From the NCBI RefSeq assembly GCF_000143415.4, contig NW_003314274.1, positions 2,338,623 through 2,402,622 of the forward strand: a stretch of 64,000 nucleotides of DNA, written 5' to 3'. Positions 36,585 through 49,200 of the stretch are shown here, in pieces. Position numbers and translations under genes: made by a program. The stretch comes from Selaginella moellendorffii. Lineage: Eukaryota; Plantae; Lycopodiophyta. The notes under the pieces were generated by a model that saw only the letters and a program-made list of their open reading frames with translations, was not told the origin of the DNA and made no database searches. Positions within the stretch are counted from its first letter, which is position 1, and every line of letters begins with the position of its first letter.

Positions 36585-38323
36585 TCAAGCAGTCGTTTTG
36601 CTCCGGATCGCGTTGAGATAGATCCGCTTTTCTTGCAGTCCAATGTCTGAGATTGTAAGCTTCTGCCGCAACGAACATGAAAATACTTGTCAAGCAAACA
36701 TGACAAACCCATGATTTCACAAGCTTGACCTCTGCAGTTGCCATCAAAGTTCGTACATTGCTTGCGTAGAGCTTTGGATCTGCCTTCTCTTTGTCTGATG
36801 GACTGTAAACTGGCAATCTCGTAACCTCGAGGAAGTTGATTGGCTGGCATAGTAACAAGAGAATGTGGCGTACCTGGAAAAAGGTGAAAAAAGTCAGAAA
36901 GGAGAATCGAAAGGAACAGCTTACCCCGGATATGGATTCCCAGGCCGGACTGAAACGAGTGTACGGGTATCTGAGCACAACGGGCAAGACTGGCGTCTGG
37001 CTTAGAAACGCACCCGTCTTGAACGGAAGGAGATGCTGTCCATTAGTGGTTGTCCCTTCTGCAAAGTCAAATTTGCTGTGCTATAGTGGTAGCGAGAAAA
37101 ACTCTTGTGTTACCTGGAAAGAGAAGCATGATCTGAGCTCCTGGATCGCTGTGAGCAGCTCGAAGCCTCTCGCTGACGATTCCTGGAAAACGAAAGAAAA
37201 GGAAATCAAAAGCTTGCTTCGAATCTTCTTTGCTTCACTCACCAGAGACTCCTTTGGTATCCGATGTCTTTGATTCTCTCTGGACGTAAACGCATCCCAA
37301 ACACTTGCTGCGCAGCCAAACAATGCCAGTTAGACAAAAGGACATCACGTTTGTGTGAAGAAAGATCGCTCTACCTTATCAAGCCGACCAGAGGTAACTT
37401 GGCCACTGATTTCTTCGAGCCGGATGGAAGAAAAATTGCGTTAACCAGGCAAAGTACTACTATAGATGATTTCTTTTGCTACGAAAGAAGAATTCACCTT
37501 AGCAACGAAGCTCGGGAACGAAGCAGACATGTGGTAGAGGATGTCCAAATAGGATACATGATTTGAAACGATCGCTCCTGGTGTATCTTCCGCCTGGCAA
37601 GAGAACTTGGATCATCAAAGAAAGAATTACCATAAACTTAGATCTTACAGCTATGTGCTCGTATCCATCCGGACCAACTTGCGCTGCCCCTTGCTGCAAG
37701 GACGCTGCCGAGGACGGCGATTCTTTCACCTTGATCCAGTAGAATCCCAGCACGAAGAGCATCACCCGCGCGAAGAACCTCCCCGAGGACGCGATGATCC
37801 AGCGCCGGAAGCCCCGCAGATACTCGTAGTTCTCCTGACCCTCCTCGTCCGATGGCGATCTAAACAGCGTGAAAATCCGGCAGATTGCGTAGTAGATGAG
37901 CAAGACCAGGAAGAGCAGCACGAATCGGAGAGGAACGATGGTAAGGAGCGCGGCAGCCAGCTTCGCCCTCTCGCCCCAGGGCAATGCGCCGCGGCCGAGG
38001 GCGCCATAGCAGTCGTCCCTCACATAGGCCGCATATTTCGACTCCATCTCCTCCAAGCTCTCGATCTTGCTCGCCGCCGCTGCCCCTGCCGATTCTGGCG
38101 GCGCCGCAGCCGCCTCCGCCGATCCATTCGCCGCGGATTGGAGGAGAGGCGCTTCGTCTGCCCTGCTGCTGCCTCTATCATCCTCTTCTTCCACGGATTT
38201 CCCCTCGGCGACGCCATTCGCGGGATCGCTGGCCTTGTGATCTTGGCCGCCGCCACTATCGATCATCTCCACTCTGGATTCTTCCTCGGTGGCCTTGGCG
38301 CCCATGAGCTCCATCTCCCTCAT
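36585..38323 (-). CDS. LPEAT1: Lysophospholipid acyltransferase LPEAT-like, multi-exon
   Basis: MESKYAAYVRDDCYG, RVMLFVLGFYWI, IVSNHVSYLDILYHMS (HxxxxD motif), EGTTTNG..LLPFKTGAF, PVVLRYPY.RFSPAWESISG, last exon KLTISDIGLQEKRIY...*. Confidence 0.9.
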
Positions 38324-38363
38324 ACTGTTTTTAGGGCATTTGCTTCTTTTGCCCTAAAGAAGT

Positions 38364-39874
38364 ATGGACGACGGTGGCAGCATTGCGCGGCTCGGCCTAC
38401 CGCCATATCTCCGATCCAAGCTCCTCGCTTGCGGCTATTCTTCCATCGCGGATCTCCACGGCGCATCGCCTCTGGATCTCGCACGAGGTGTGTTTCTTGT
38501 GAGAAAATGCAGCCATGCTTGAGAATGTACATTTCCAGACGCATCGATCTCTTCCGATGAGGCGCTCTCTGTTCTGCGGCGAATCGGAGCTACTCCAGCG
38601 CCTATTGCTGGTAAGAGAATTCGATTGGAGTCCCTGGAATGAGTCTCTCGTTCTTTTTTTTCTCTCCCTCTTTTTCCACTCAGGAGCAAAGACTGCTTGG
38701 GATTTGATGTCGTTTGATCGATCCCGGAGCCGGATTGGAACTGGCTGCAGTGGTTTGGATCGAGTTTTCGGCGGTGGAGTCGCCTCCAAGGAGCTGACGG
38801 AAATTTGTAAGGAGAAGAGTGTATAGAGACGAGAAAATCACGATCCTTCTTCTCCAGGTGGTGCTCCGGGGATTGGAAAAACGCAGCTCGGGTATGGACC
38901 CACGCTTTTCATTCTAGATCACAGCGAGATCACTTCTAAAGTCTCTATTTTTTTTCTTTCTCACAGGATGCAGCTTGCTATAAACGTCCAACTCCCTCGA
39001 TCTCTAGGTGGTCTCAATGGTCACGCTGTCTACATTGGTACGTATGGAAATTCTTATCTCTTGGAAACAACTTTGCTACTGTGTGGAAGTTTTGTCTCTT
39101 CTTTTTTACGAGTGATAAGAATGAGAGAAAGCTTCGTATGTTCTAAAACACTAATCCTTTTTTTTGCTCGAGCAGACACGGAAGGCAGCTTTATGATGGA
39201 GAGAGTGCTCCAAATGGCTCAACGAAGTGCTCTTGTGACGCCAGATCAAAGCGTCGAGTCTCTCCTTTCGCACATTTTCTACTTCCGCGTCTTCGATTCC
39301 ACCGAGCAGATCGCCACCATCAACAGCCTCAATAAGTTCCTGGAAGAACACAAGGAGGTACTATACCACTAGATTCCGTTTGCTCCTCCCGCTTCTACTT
39401 AAAACGATTTCTAGGTGAAACTCCTTGTCATCGACAGTGTCACATTTCACTTCCGCCAAGACTTCCACGATCTGGCTCTCCGGGCCCGGCTGCTCAACAG
39501 CATGGCTCAGAAGCTCATGGCATTGGCTCACCATCATGAACTCGCGGTATGGCAATACTTTCTAGTCTTTGACAAGTTTTGCGATACGAATCACAGGTAG
39601 TTCTCGTGAACCAAGTGACAACCAAAGGCAATGGAGAAATCAGGCCTGCTTTAGGTGAGCTAGATTTTCATTCATCGATTCAAAAGGTCTCGTTATTTGA
39701 GATTGATAGTTCCTTCTTTTCTTTCTTAAAGGTGAAAGCTGGTCTCATGCTTGTACAAACCGCGTGATCTTACGCTGGGAGGGAGGAAAACGCCAGGCTT
39801 GTATGTTCAAGTCCCCATCTCTTCCTCCAGCAAAATCCAGTTTCTCAATTACTACTAGAGGGATCGGAGAGTGA
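38364..39874 (+). CDS. RAD51C: DNA repair protein RAD51C, multi-exon
   Basis: LRSKLLACGYSSIADL...DLARD, GAKTAWDL, Walker A GAPGIGKTQ, MQLAINVQLP, YIDTEGSF, VIDSVTFHFRQDF, PALGESWSHACTNRVIL. Confidence 0.93.
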
Positions 39875-39882
39875 CAAATCAC

Positions 39883-41507
39883 TCACTCGTCCATGTCATC
39901 CACGTCGCGCTGCGAATGGTCCCCAGCTTCCACCTGGTTTTGTATCGCTTCTAGAAACGATGCTACAGTGAAGTCACCTGTTGAAAAGCAATAAAATTTG
40001 TTTCTCAAGATCTACAAACAGTAAGAAAGTGAATCCACACTCACACTGACTCGGATCAATGCCAAACTGTTGCAAATCCATTTGACCCGACCTGAGAGCC
40101 TGGATCATTGTCAAGTTGGTGAGAAACAAGCAAAAGAAGTTCAAAAAGTTTTTACTTACATGAGTGAACATGTCGAGCTGCTGACGAAACTGTGGGCTCT
40201 GCATTAAATCCGCGATGGCCTCGGGTGTCCATTTACCCTGCTTGGATAGATGCAAGTTGCTTCAGTCGTGGGGACCAAGGACCAGCAAAAGTATCGCATT
40301 ACCTCGGGAAGATACTGAGACAGTCTCTCCTCCCATTGGTGGGAGTTTTCAAGCAGCGGGAGCACATGATCCGGTTTAAGAACGTCCGTCAGACTAGGCC
40401 CTGCAGAAGAGAGAATGAACGAAACCATGTATTTGTTTATAGGAAAGGAAAACTCACCTGGATCTTGGAATGCTCTTGATGTCCCCCCTACAAGAAGGAA
40501 AAAGAAAAATCTCCATGAGTATAGCAGAGAATTAAGTTTTGCTCTACCGTGGCCATTCAGGCTCTGGCCGAGGTTTGCCAGTATCTGTTGTAGCTCGGCG
40601 AGCTGCACGGGAGGATTTCTGATGTTCTCGACCGCTCCTCCTCCGGACGGGGTGGCTTTCCCAGTATCGTCAGCAGTGCTGGCACAACCATCATCAGACG
40701 TGAAAGAGCAAACACAGAATCTCAGGACTTACTTGACAATGTCACGCTCGATACTTTCCTCCACCGACGCATCCTCCACTACTAGGAAAGAACTTCAATG
40801 CAGTCATTGTCAAAGGAAACGACATACCCGGCTGATTGATTTGGATGTTCACGGCGTCGCACAGCCTCTCGTCACCCGCAGGATTTGGCTCCTGGATGGA
40901 AGAAAAATGCGACACGAGAGCTTTAACAGCTGTAGAAGAAAATCTAGAAGCAGTTCTATCTACCTGGAGCCAGAAGAACATCTTTCTATCATCAGTCTTG
41001 AACTTTAGGATGTAAACTCGGCCATTGGATTGCTGGACCTACACCATAGAAATCACACTGCCTAATAAGACCACCTAAACGATCGAGACTCGTGAAGGAA
41101 AATAAAAAATCAAGTTCTTACCTTCTCAAAGATTGCTTCATCCGAGAAGACGATTTGATCCTATTGCATTGTCCATGTCAGACACAAAGAAGAGAGAAAA
41201 GAGAGAAAATCCAAATCACAGAGCTATGCTTACGTCCTCCACAGCTCCCGACACGCGATCCTGCCACTGGACGTGCACAAGCCCGGCCTCGTCCTGAAAA
41301 TTTCGATTGCGCGAGCTGAGAATCCACCGAAATTTCATCAAATCTTTACCCTGACGATGCAAAACAACCCCTTCCTTGGATCCGCGCGGACCTGGACTCC
41401 CTCCATCAGCATTTTGCCCGCCTTGAATACAAGCAACGTCTCCTGCACGAGCACACGCGAGCGCTGGTGAGAAGAACGCGACGCGACGAGCGCGAAGTGA
41501 GAACCAT
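39883..41507 (-). CDS. RPN13: 26S proteasome ubiquitin receptor RPN13, multi-exon
   Basis: Pru domain FKAGKML...[45 protein letters not shown]-terminal DEUBAD-like [27 protein letters not shown]. Confidence 0.9.
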
Positions 41508-41586
41508 GGCGGAAGAGAGAAGAAGAGATTCCTTGGCCCGCCTCCTAGGGCTTTCTTAAACCCTAGTTCTTTATTTTGCGTCGCGT

Positions 41587-42783
41587 TTATATCACATAGC
41601 CGTAGTGCCGGAGGGCCTTCCTCACGAGGATGCCAACGATGGCTATCGCCAGCCCAATCGCCAATGCCGTCAAGCCGAAATCGCTAGACTGCTGTACCGC
41701 TTGCTCTTCCGATCTCCTCGCTCGAATTCCAGCCGCGGGAATCGCCGCTACTGCTGCTGCTGCTGCTGGTGGATTCACAGCGTCGATCGTTGCTGGAGCT
41801 GGAGCTATAAGAGCTGGCGCTGGAGCTAGAACTGGAGCTAGAGCTGGAGCTGGATCTAGAGCTGGAGCCGGAGCTAAATCTCGAGAAGCTGGAGATGGAG
41901 TAGTTTCCACTTCTACACCATTATTTTCTACCTCTTTGGCAGCGTCTTCCGGCGGTGGTTCTTTCGTGTCTGGCACGGGATGCGCTCTCTTCATCATCTC
42001 GACATGGATCTGGAAAACCATGGAAGTTATGGCGATTTGATCGCTTCGAGGGCGATGAAAATAAATAAATGCTTGCCTCGTCGATCAGCTTCTGGCGCTC
42101 GGGAGTGCTAACTCTTGGAGCGGCATCGCGGGACTTGATCGCGAGAGCCCTCCTTTCTTCCTTGGTGTAGTCGAGGGATCCGATAGCTCCTTCTGGCTTT
42201 GTCGGCATAAAGGCGATGAGAGCTACCAGAGCAGTGCGAACTACACGAAGAAAAAGAAAAGAAAAGCGTCAGTCCTTCTCACGCGATCGAATCGAAGGCA
42301 AAGTAAAGAACTGGAAAAAGCTTCACTCACCACTCCAAGAAGGCTGCCAAAACTCTGGATGATGCGCTGATATGCTCAAGCAAATCTTTGTTTTGGTCTC
42401 AAATCTTCCATTGGGCTGAGCGAGAGAGACATCGAGAGATTATCGCCAAAACAATCGTCACAAGTAGCCACTCACCGTCAAAAGCACGAACTCTGGCGGC
42501 TTGAGCGGATACTCTGGAGGGAGCTGGATCCTGCCATGGTAAATTCCGCCCTCGAATTCGGTCTCTTTCGGACCCCGGATCGCGAATTGCCACTCAAAAA
42601 TGTTGTCCTGCGACAGATCGAGAAGAAATCAAGAAGGAAATCTGGAAGAAGAAGTCGATCGCTCACCTCCAGCGGCATGCTCACGTAGTCATCGTTGGGA
42701 TTGTTCTGGAGCTCCTTCACCTCCTGCAAGATGCGCTTCACGGCCGGATTGCGCACGTTGAAGCGCTCTCCCCCCTCAGCCAT
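41587..42783 (-). CDS. UBC32: ER-membrane ubiquitin-conjugating enzyme UBC32 (UBE2J1-like), multi-exon
   Basis: FNVRNPAVKRILQEVKE, NIFEWQFAIRGP..FEGGIYHGRIQLPPEYP, KICLSISAHHPEFWQPSWS, Pro/Ala-rich linker and C-terminal TM helix. Confidence 0.92.
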
Positions 42784-42830
42784 AAAGAACCCTAAAATTT
42801 CCTCCAAGAGAGGAAAGTCTAGAACCCTAA

Positions 42831-44520
42831 ATGCGACGATGGGGTTCGATCCGGGCTCCCAGGGAGGCGGTGGAATGCGTCGTGATCGGCGCGGGCATCG
42901 TCGGGATGGCGATCGCGAGGCAGCTCGCCATCGCAGGGAAGAATGTCGTGGTTGTGGAAGCTGGATCCGCAGTAGGGACAGGCACCAGCTCCAGGAACAG
43001 TCAAGTAATCCATGCCGGGATCTACTATCCCGTTCGATCGCTCAAGGTTTGCTCGATTTGTCGCTTGAAATTCCAGCTCCGCGAATCTCTCGCTCTGTGC
43101 CACTGTCAGGCAGGCCGCTCTGTGCGTTCTAGGGAACAAGGCGATGTATTCCTACTGCCAGGAGCGATCCATTCCTTTCAAAAGATTGGGGAAGTTGATC
43201 GTGGCCACTTCGCTCCAGCAGGCGAAGACGCTACTTCGATTGCAAGAGACTGGTGTTGCAAATGGCGCCGAGGATTTGCGGATGATCACAGCTGCTGAGG
43301 CGATGGCGATGGAGCCCGAGCTGAATTGCGTGAAAGCGCTGTGGTCGCCATCCACGGGAATTGTTGATAGTCACTCTTTAATGCTCTCACTCCAGGTATG
43401 TTCTTACTCCATTTTTTCTTCTCGCTTCTCTTGTTCTTCTTTAGTTCTACGTGATCTATTCATGCTTCGTAACTTCGTTGGTTGTCCAGAGCTTTTTAGT
43501 GATCTTATTCGTGAACTTTAGTTTTCCTTTCTCAAGCCTTTGTCTCTTCATGCTTCGAAACTTCTTTGGTTGTCCATAGCTTTCTAGAGAATCTTATGCG
43601 TGAACTCTGGTTTTTCTTTCTCAATCCTTTCTTTTTTTTCTTCTCTTCTATGTTCTTCGTTTTGTTTTTGCTTTGTGGATGCGACTAAACCGATTTTTCC
43701 CTTGAGCAGGCAGATGCCGAGGAGAAAGGCGTAGCACTCGCGCTCAACAGCACTGTTCTCGGTGGCACAGTTCGATCCGACGGAGGACTGGACATCGTCG
43801 TCCACGAGACAAGCAGCGCTGCAAACAAATCGGTTGACGAGCTCGTAAGCACAGCTGAGATGGTACTCTCCGCAAGCTATGTGATCAACTCCGCCGGCTT
43901 GCACGCAACAGCCATCGCTCGAAACATTGAAGGCTTGAGCAGCAGTAGCATTCCCGAGAACTACTTTGCCAAAGGGAACTACTTCGCCATTTCGTCCTCC
44001 AAGGCACCGTTCTCGCGCTTGATCTACCCGGTTCCCGAGGAAGGAGGTCTCGGAGTACACTTGACTATCGACCTTGGAGGTGCCACAAGATTTGGACCGG
44101 ACGTTCAGTGGCTAAAACTTTCGACGACAAGCGTGACAACCGAGTAAGTGACCACTTGTTATCGTTCGTTCATAACTTTGTTCCACAGGTTTGACTACAG
44201 TGTGGATCCAGCGAGAGCTCGCAGCTTCTACCCAGAGATTCGGAAATACTTCCCAGGACTTCCGGATGAAAGCTTGGTTCCAGATTACTCCGGAGTGCGT
44301 TCCAAGCTCTGTGGGCCTGGCCAGGGAGGAAGTGGCTGCTCCGACTTCATGATCCAAGTGAGTGAATCAAAGTTTCGTTTTTGGTTTCACGTTGGATCTA
44401 TTTATTTCACAGGGAAAGAAGGATCATGGCATTCCAGGCCTCGTCCATCTATTCGGGATTGAGTCGCCGGGCCTGACCGCGTGTATGGAAATCGCCAAGC
44501 GAGTTTGCCAAATTCTTTAG
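42831..44520 (+). CDS. L2HGDH: L-2-hydroxyglutarate dehydrogenase, multi-exon
   Basis: [12 protein letters not shown] motif, [70 protein letters not shown]. Confidence 0.93.
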
Positions 44521-44589
44521 GCTGACACGTTGTGGCATGCCACTAGTTCGGTACGAAAGAAATTTATGTCCCGTTCTCTCTAAAGACCT

Positions 44590-44830
44590 TCTCCTTCCAG
44601 GAACTGGTTACTTGAGGGAGCGCAAGAGCTGGTCAGCTTCGAGCGTGAGGTATGTTCTTCTAACTAGCAAGGATGTGTTAGTAGCCACTGGATTACAAAT
44701 GAGAAGGCCTCTTGCTGTGCAAAAGTTTTGGAGTTTGATCTGCGAAGGAGATGCAGCCTGGATAGAACTCCATCAATTCGAAACAAACGCTTTGCCACTT
44801 TTCAGGAATGACTTCCGTCCGCGACATCGT
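44590..44830 (+). pseudogene. Deletion-riddled remnant of the PIMT gene and its 3' flank
   Basis: Colinear short blocks match about 46067 (aggaactggttacttga), 46409 (gggagcgcaagagctggt), 46473 (cgagcgtgaggtatgtt..ctaactagcaagga) and 46563 (tgagaaggcctcttgct). Confidence 0.8.
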
Positions 44831-44899
44831 GTTCGTATGCTCGTGGCACAAGCTTACGGGCTCCTTGGTATCTGAACAAGGCCCCCAAGAAAGAGATGG

Positions 44900-45470
44900 G
44901 AGGTCATAGCATCAAGGTCGTCAGAAACATTCAACCAAAGGTGGAAATCAAGTGCCTGTGGATTGCCTTGGCCCTACAAGAAGAAGATTAAAGGATAGAA
45001 AAATAGAAAACCATAACGGGTGCCTGTAACGAGCTGGCGTCGAAATGGACGCTTCTTCTTCTTGTGAACAAGGGGCTCTAGTAGAAGGGAAATGCCCATC
45101 TTGTGCTTGCTTTCCAGATTCATGAAGGTAATCTCTGTGATTGTGGGCATGAGCTCGAAGAGCCTCACCAATTCATCCAGCTCCCAGCATCCTCCGATTC
45201 TCAAGGCTCCGGAGCTTGTCAAATTTCCTGTTGAGCTTGCAGTGAGCGGACATCTTCAGGACTTCTAGGCTCTCCGATTGGAAACTGGGTTTGAAGCTGC
45301 CAACCTCGAAGGTAGTATCGAGGAAAATTTCGTACGAGGTCCGCCACAAGGTGAATCTTTTGAGGCTGGCGCTCGACACCGTGAGACGGGCCTTGGACAG
45401 ACCATAGACGTCGAGCTTCTCAAGACACTCGACGTCGAGCTCCCTCACAAGTTTGTTGGACACGTGTCAA
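44900..45470 (-). pseudogene. LRR-like (F-box/FBD-type) gene fragment with frameshift
   Basis: LxxLxL-like blocks (CLEKLDV, SLKRFTL, SLEVLKM, LRIGGC..LVRLFELMPTITEITF) split over two frames. Confidence 0.4.
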
Positions 45471-45562
45471 GCATAGTCGCATGACACGTGTTTGCGACTA
45501 CTTACTATTTATATTAGAGTGTCCACGTCGGAGAGAGTGTTTCTATAAGCGTTGCCCTATCC

Positions 45563-46532
45563 ATGTGTGCCGCGATTGCCGGAGGAGCTCTGCGAGGCGC
45601 GTCGGCATTTGGAGCTGGATCGATCGCTTGCCACACTCGCAATCGCGCGGCTCCTAGGGTTTACTTCTTCCACGGGATGGAGGTGAAATTTCTCCTGCTC
45701 CTCTCTCTTCTCTGCCCAATCTTCCACAGGTTTTCTGGACGCCGCGAGCCAAGGACAACAAATCGCTCGTCAAGCTCCTCCGGGAGGAGGGCGCGGTGAA
45801 ATCCGACAGGGTCGCCAGCGTCATGGGGAAGCTGGATCGCGCCTTGTTCATCGCCGAGGGCGAGAGGAATCTGGCGTACATGGACTGTCCAATGCAGATT
45901 GGATTCAATGCCACCATCTCGGCTCCACACATGCATGGCTCGTGCCTGGAGCTTCTCAACAAGCATCTCCAGCCGGGAATGCACGCTCTCGACGTTGGCT
46001 CCGGTATGAAAGAAATTTCTCTCGTTTTTTCTTCTTGGTTTGCATCCTCTGAAAAATTTTCTATCAGGAACTGGTTACTTGACCGCTGCTTTCGCTCTTC
46101 TGGTGGGCGATCAAGGTCGCGCTGCAGGAGTGGAACACATTCCGGAGCTCGTCGAGCAGTCGATCAAAAACGTTAGGCGATCCCCGGCGGCTTCACTGCT
46201 GGAGCCCGGCGTTCTTTCTCTGCACGTTGGAGGTAAAGAATCCATGACCCAAGCTATGAGACGAATCTCTTCTTACAGATGGTCGACTTGGCTGGCCCGA
46301 GCACGCGCCATACAACGCCATTCACGTTGGAGCCGCGGCTCCGCAAGTGCCTCAGCCACTGATCGATCAGCTCAAACCAGGCGGCCGGATGGTGATACCG
46401 GTTGGGGAGGGAGCGCAAGAGCTGGTGGTGATCGACAAGGGGCCCGATGGATCGCTCAAGCAGTGGACCGCGTCGAGCGTGAGGTATGTTCCTCTAACTA
46501 GCAAGGACGAGCAGCTCAGGGGAGGAGTATGA
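45563..46532 (+). CDS. PIMT: Protein-L-isoaspartate O-methyltransferase, 4 exons
   Basis: [28 protein letters not shown]|[56 protein letters not shown]. Confidence 0.93.
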
Positions 46533-46859
46533 TTGTAATTAGACTTTTGTAACTATCACGAATGAGAAGGCCTCTTGCTTCAAAAGTTGAAGGAAGCACC
46601 ATCAAATCTAAAACAACGCATTTCCAGTTTTGAGAATGCTGGACACGCTCCGTGACATCCAAGATTACAATACAAAACCACAAAGACTTAAAAACCCTAT
46701 TCTTTCATGATATTAATAAGAATAATAATAATAAGAACAAGAATAAGAATAATTTATGACAGTAAAAGTAAATATTTTCCTTGTTTTGAAATTCCCCCCA
46801 GTTTTTTAAAAGAGGAATAGGGTATAGCGGCCAGAGAATGCCGCTCTAGGGTTTAAGCA

Positions 46860-48470
46860 ATGGAGATGGAGAGCGAGGCTCCGGCCGCGGCGCAGGATCT
46901 CCAGTCAGACGATATGATCTGCAGCCAGGACTTTTTATGGTATGCATTCCTTTTCCAATGATGCGATTAGGCGTTCTTGTTTTTCTCCCTTCTCACAGCA
47001 CTGCCGATTATGTGACGCCCGTGGAGCAGCAGTTCACTGTGGATTTCAATGCTTCAGACAAGGTTCGTGAATGATTGGAAGGAAGGGAAATAAGAAAAGA
47101 AATCGTTTTTTTGTTTTTTTTTTCCACTAGAATGCTGTGCTCAATGTGCCTGTGGGTCTGACGCCTCTACGGAGCAAAAGACCAAGAAGTGGTATGTGTA
47201 GCTTTGCTTTGACAATCTTACACACTCGCTCAGTTTTTTTTTGTTCTTCTTTGTATGTTCTTTTCCTAGATGAATATTTGAACCAAGAAGCAGAGAATGC
47301 AAAGACATTGTCTCTGCGACAGCGCGTCATGTCCCCACCATGCTTCCGGAACCCTTTTGTTAACAGTGATGTGTTTCCCGAGAGAGCTAGGCAGGGTATG
47401 TTATTTTTGTTATTTTTGCATTTTTCCTTCATAACTTTTATTCTCATACAGGATGTGTCTCTGCTTTTGGTTCTTCATCGCGTTACCGTGAGGAGTTCCA
47501 TCAAATCAAGGTATATGTGCTTAAATTTGTATGATTTACATTCTTACACCACTGTCAGGAAATAGGACGAGGTGATTTCAGCTATGTTTATAAAGTTCTC
47601 AAAAGACTTGACGGCTGCCTTTATGCTGTAAAGCATTCCAATCGGCGGCTGCTGAATGAGGGAGATCGGTTCGTCACTAAATCAAGAGACTATGGTATTG
47701 ATTTGGCAAATTTTTCATTTTGCAGGAGGAAAGCACTGAGAGAAGTTCAGGCACTCTCGTGTCTTGGTGAGTTGGCTTTTTCCTTTCAATATTGCCACTG
47801 GCTTCTTTAAACTTAACCAGCTTCCAGGTTACCATGAAAACGTAGTGCGTTACTTCTCTTCATGGTTCGAGAATGACTTTCTGTATATCCAAATGGAGCT
47901 GTGCGAGACGAATCTACGAGACGAGAGCCTTGCATGGACATTTACGGAGAAGAAGCTGACCGAGGCGATGTTCCAAGTAAGCAGCTCAATTGTATTGTTT
48001 TCTTAGTTTGTCTTGCATGGCAGCTCTTAAACGCTTTGAAGCACTTACACTCGCATGGCCTTGCTCACCTGGACGTGAAGCCTGACAACATCTACATTCG
48101 CAAAGGCGTCTACAAGATTGGCGACTTTGGCCTTGCTTGTCGAATCGATGGAGCCATTTCCATTGAGGATGGGGACTCGAGATATCTCCCGATGGAGCTC
48201 ATCAACGATGATCACAGTCACCTCGACAAAGCCGACATGTTTTCCCTGGGGGCGACTTTCTACGAGCTCGCAAGACGCTCGCCACTACCAGCGTCCGGAA
48301 GCCAGTATCAAGCCATCCGCCAGGGAAAGCTCGCTCTTCTTCCCGGATTCTCTCTTGTGTTCCAGAGCTTGATCAAGTCTCTGATGCATCCAGCAGCAAA
48401 AAATCGCCCCTCGGCTGCTCAAGCTCTCAAGAACGCGCTCTTCAAGAAGTCCTCATCAAAGGCTCTTTGA
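46860..48470 (+). CDS. WEE1: WEE1 kinase, multi-exon
   Basis: ICSQDF.CT.DY.TP, LRQRVMSPPCFRNPF, SRYREEFHQI, IGRGDFSYVYKVLKRLDGCLYAVK, HLDVKPDN, IEDGDSRY. Confidence 0.93.
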
Positions 48471-48784
48471 GAGGAAGAACTGAAGAGATTTTCGTGGAGG
48501 AATTTTTTCGGCAAGCGCGATCTGTGAGCTTCGATCTGGATAGGGTTCTACAAGATTAATCACCTGATTGGCAGTGATGATGACGAACTCTATATGACTG
48601 AGTCAAGCCCTTTGACTCCGTAAAAAATCCGATCCTAATATTTTATATCATCTTGAATACTTCTTGTTGTTCCTGTCCGTTCTCCTAAAAAATCTTGTTT
48701 CAGCCACCGGATTATCATAGGAAAAACCTTCACGCCCCTTATACAGTTCTGCCTGTGCACCGAAATCCACGTGGGATCTAGCAG

Positions 48785-49200
48785 TCTGCTCCCCAAAACC
48801 AGTTCAAAGCCTCTTTGCAACGTAGAAGCCAATCGGAGTGGCAGTTAAAGGAGCATCTCCACTCACACTTGATGCAAACCAGAGGGTACCTCTACCCTCA
48901 ATGCCCTCCAGCAAGGAGGCAGCAGCGAATGCTCGTCTTGCACGGTTCTCAGCAGAATATTAGACTTTTACGGAACACAACTAAGGTCAGGTAAAGAGGA
49001 AGTGGAATTTGATCTGTTGCAGAATTCCTGCTTGATTGGAGATGGAGGTTTCCGGCAGGTTTTCAAGCTTTTCTTGAGCAATCTGGCAGCAAAGGTGGCA
49101 ATTCGGCAGCAGAACGAACTCACAGAGAAGTTCAGCACTTTCCTGAATCCCAGTCTCATTAGCAAAGAGGCAGAAGTCCTAGATCGAAATTCTCCAATTC
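48785..49200. pseudogene. Deleted inverted copy of the phosphatase(-)/DUF3669-kinase(+) segment
   Basis: 48790-48945 matches the phosphatase sequences. 48990-49200 matches the reverse complement of the 5' part of 51266-52062 (LIGDGGFRQVFKL..NLAAKVAIRQQNELT). Confidence 0.8.

Noticed and set aside
48570-48612. C/D-box snoRNA (GTGATGA...CTGA)
   Set aside because: The boxes are only about 20 nt apart and no guide complementarity was recognised.
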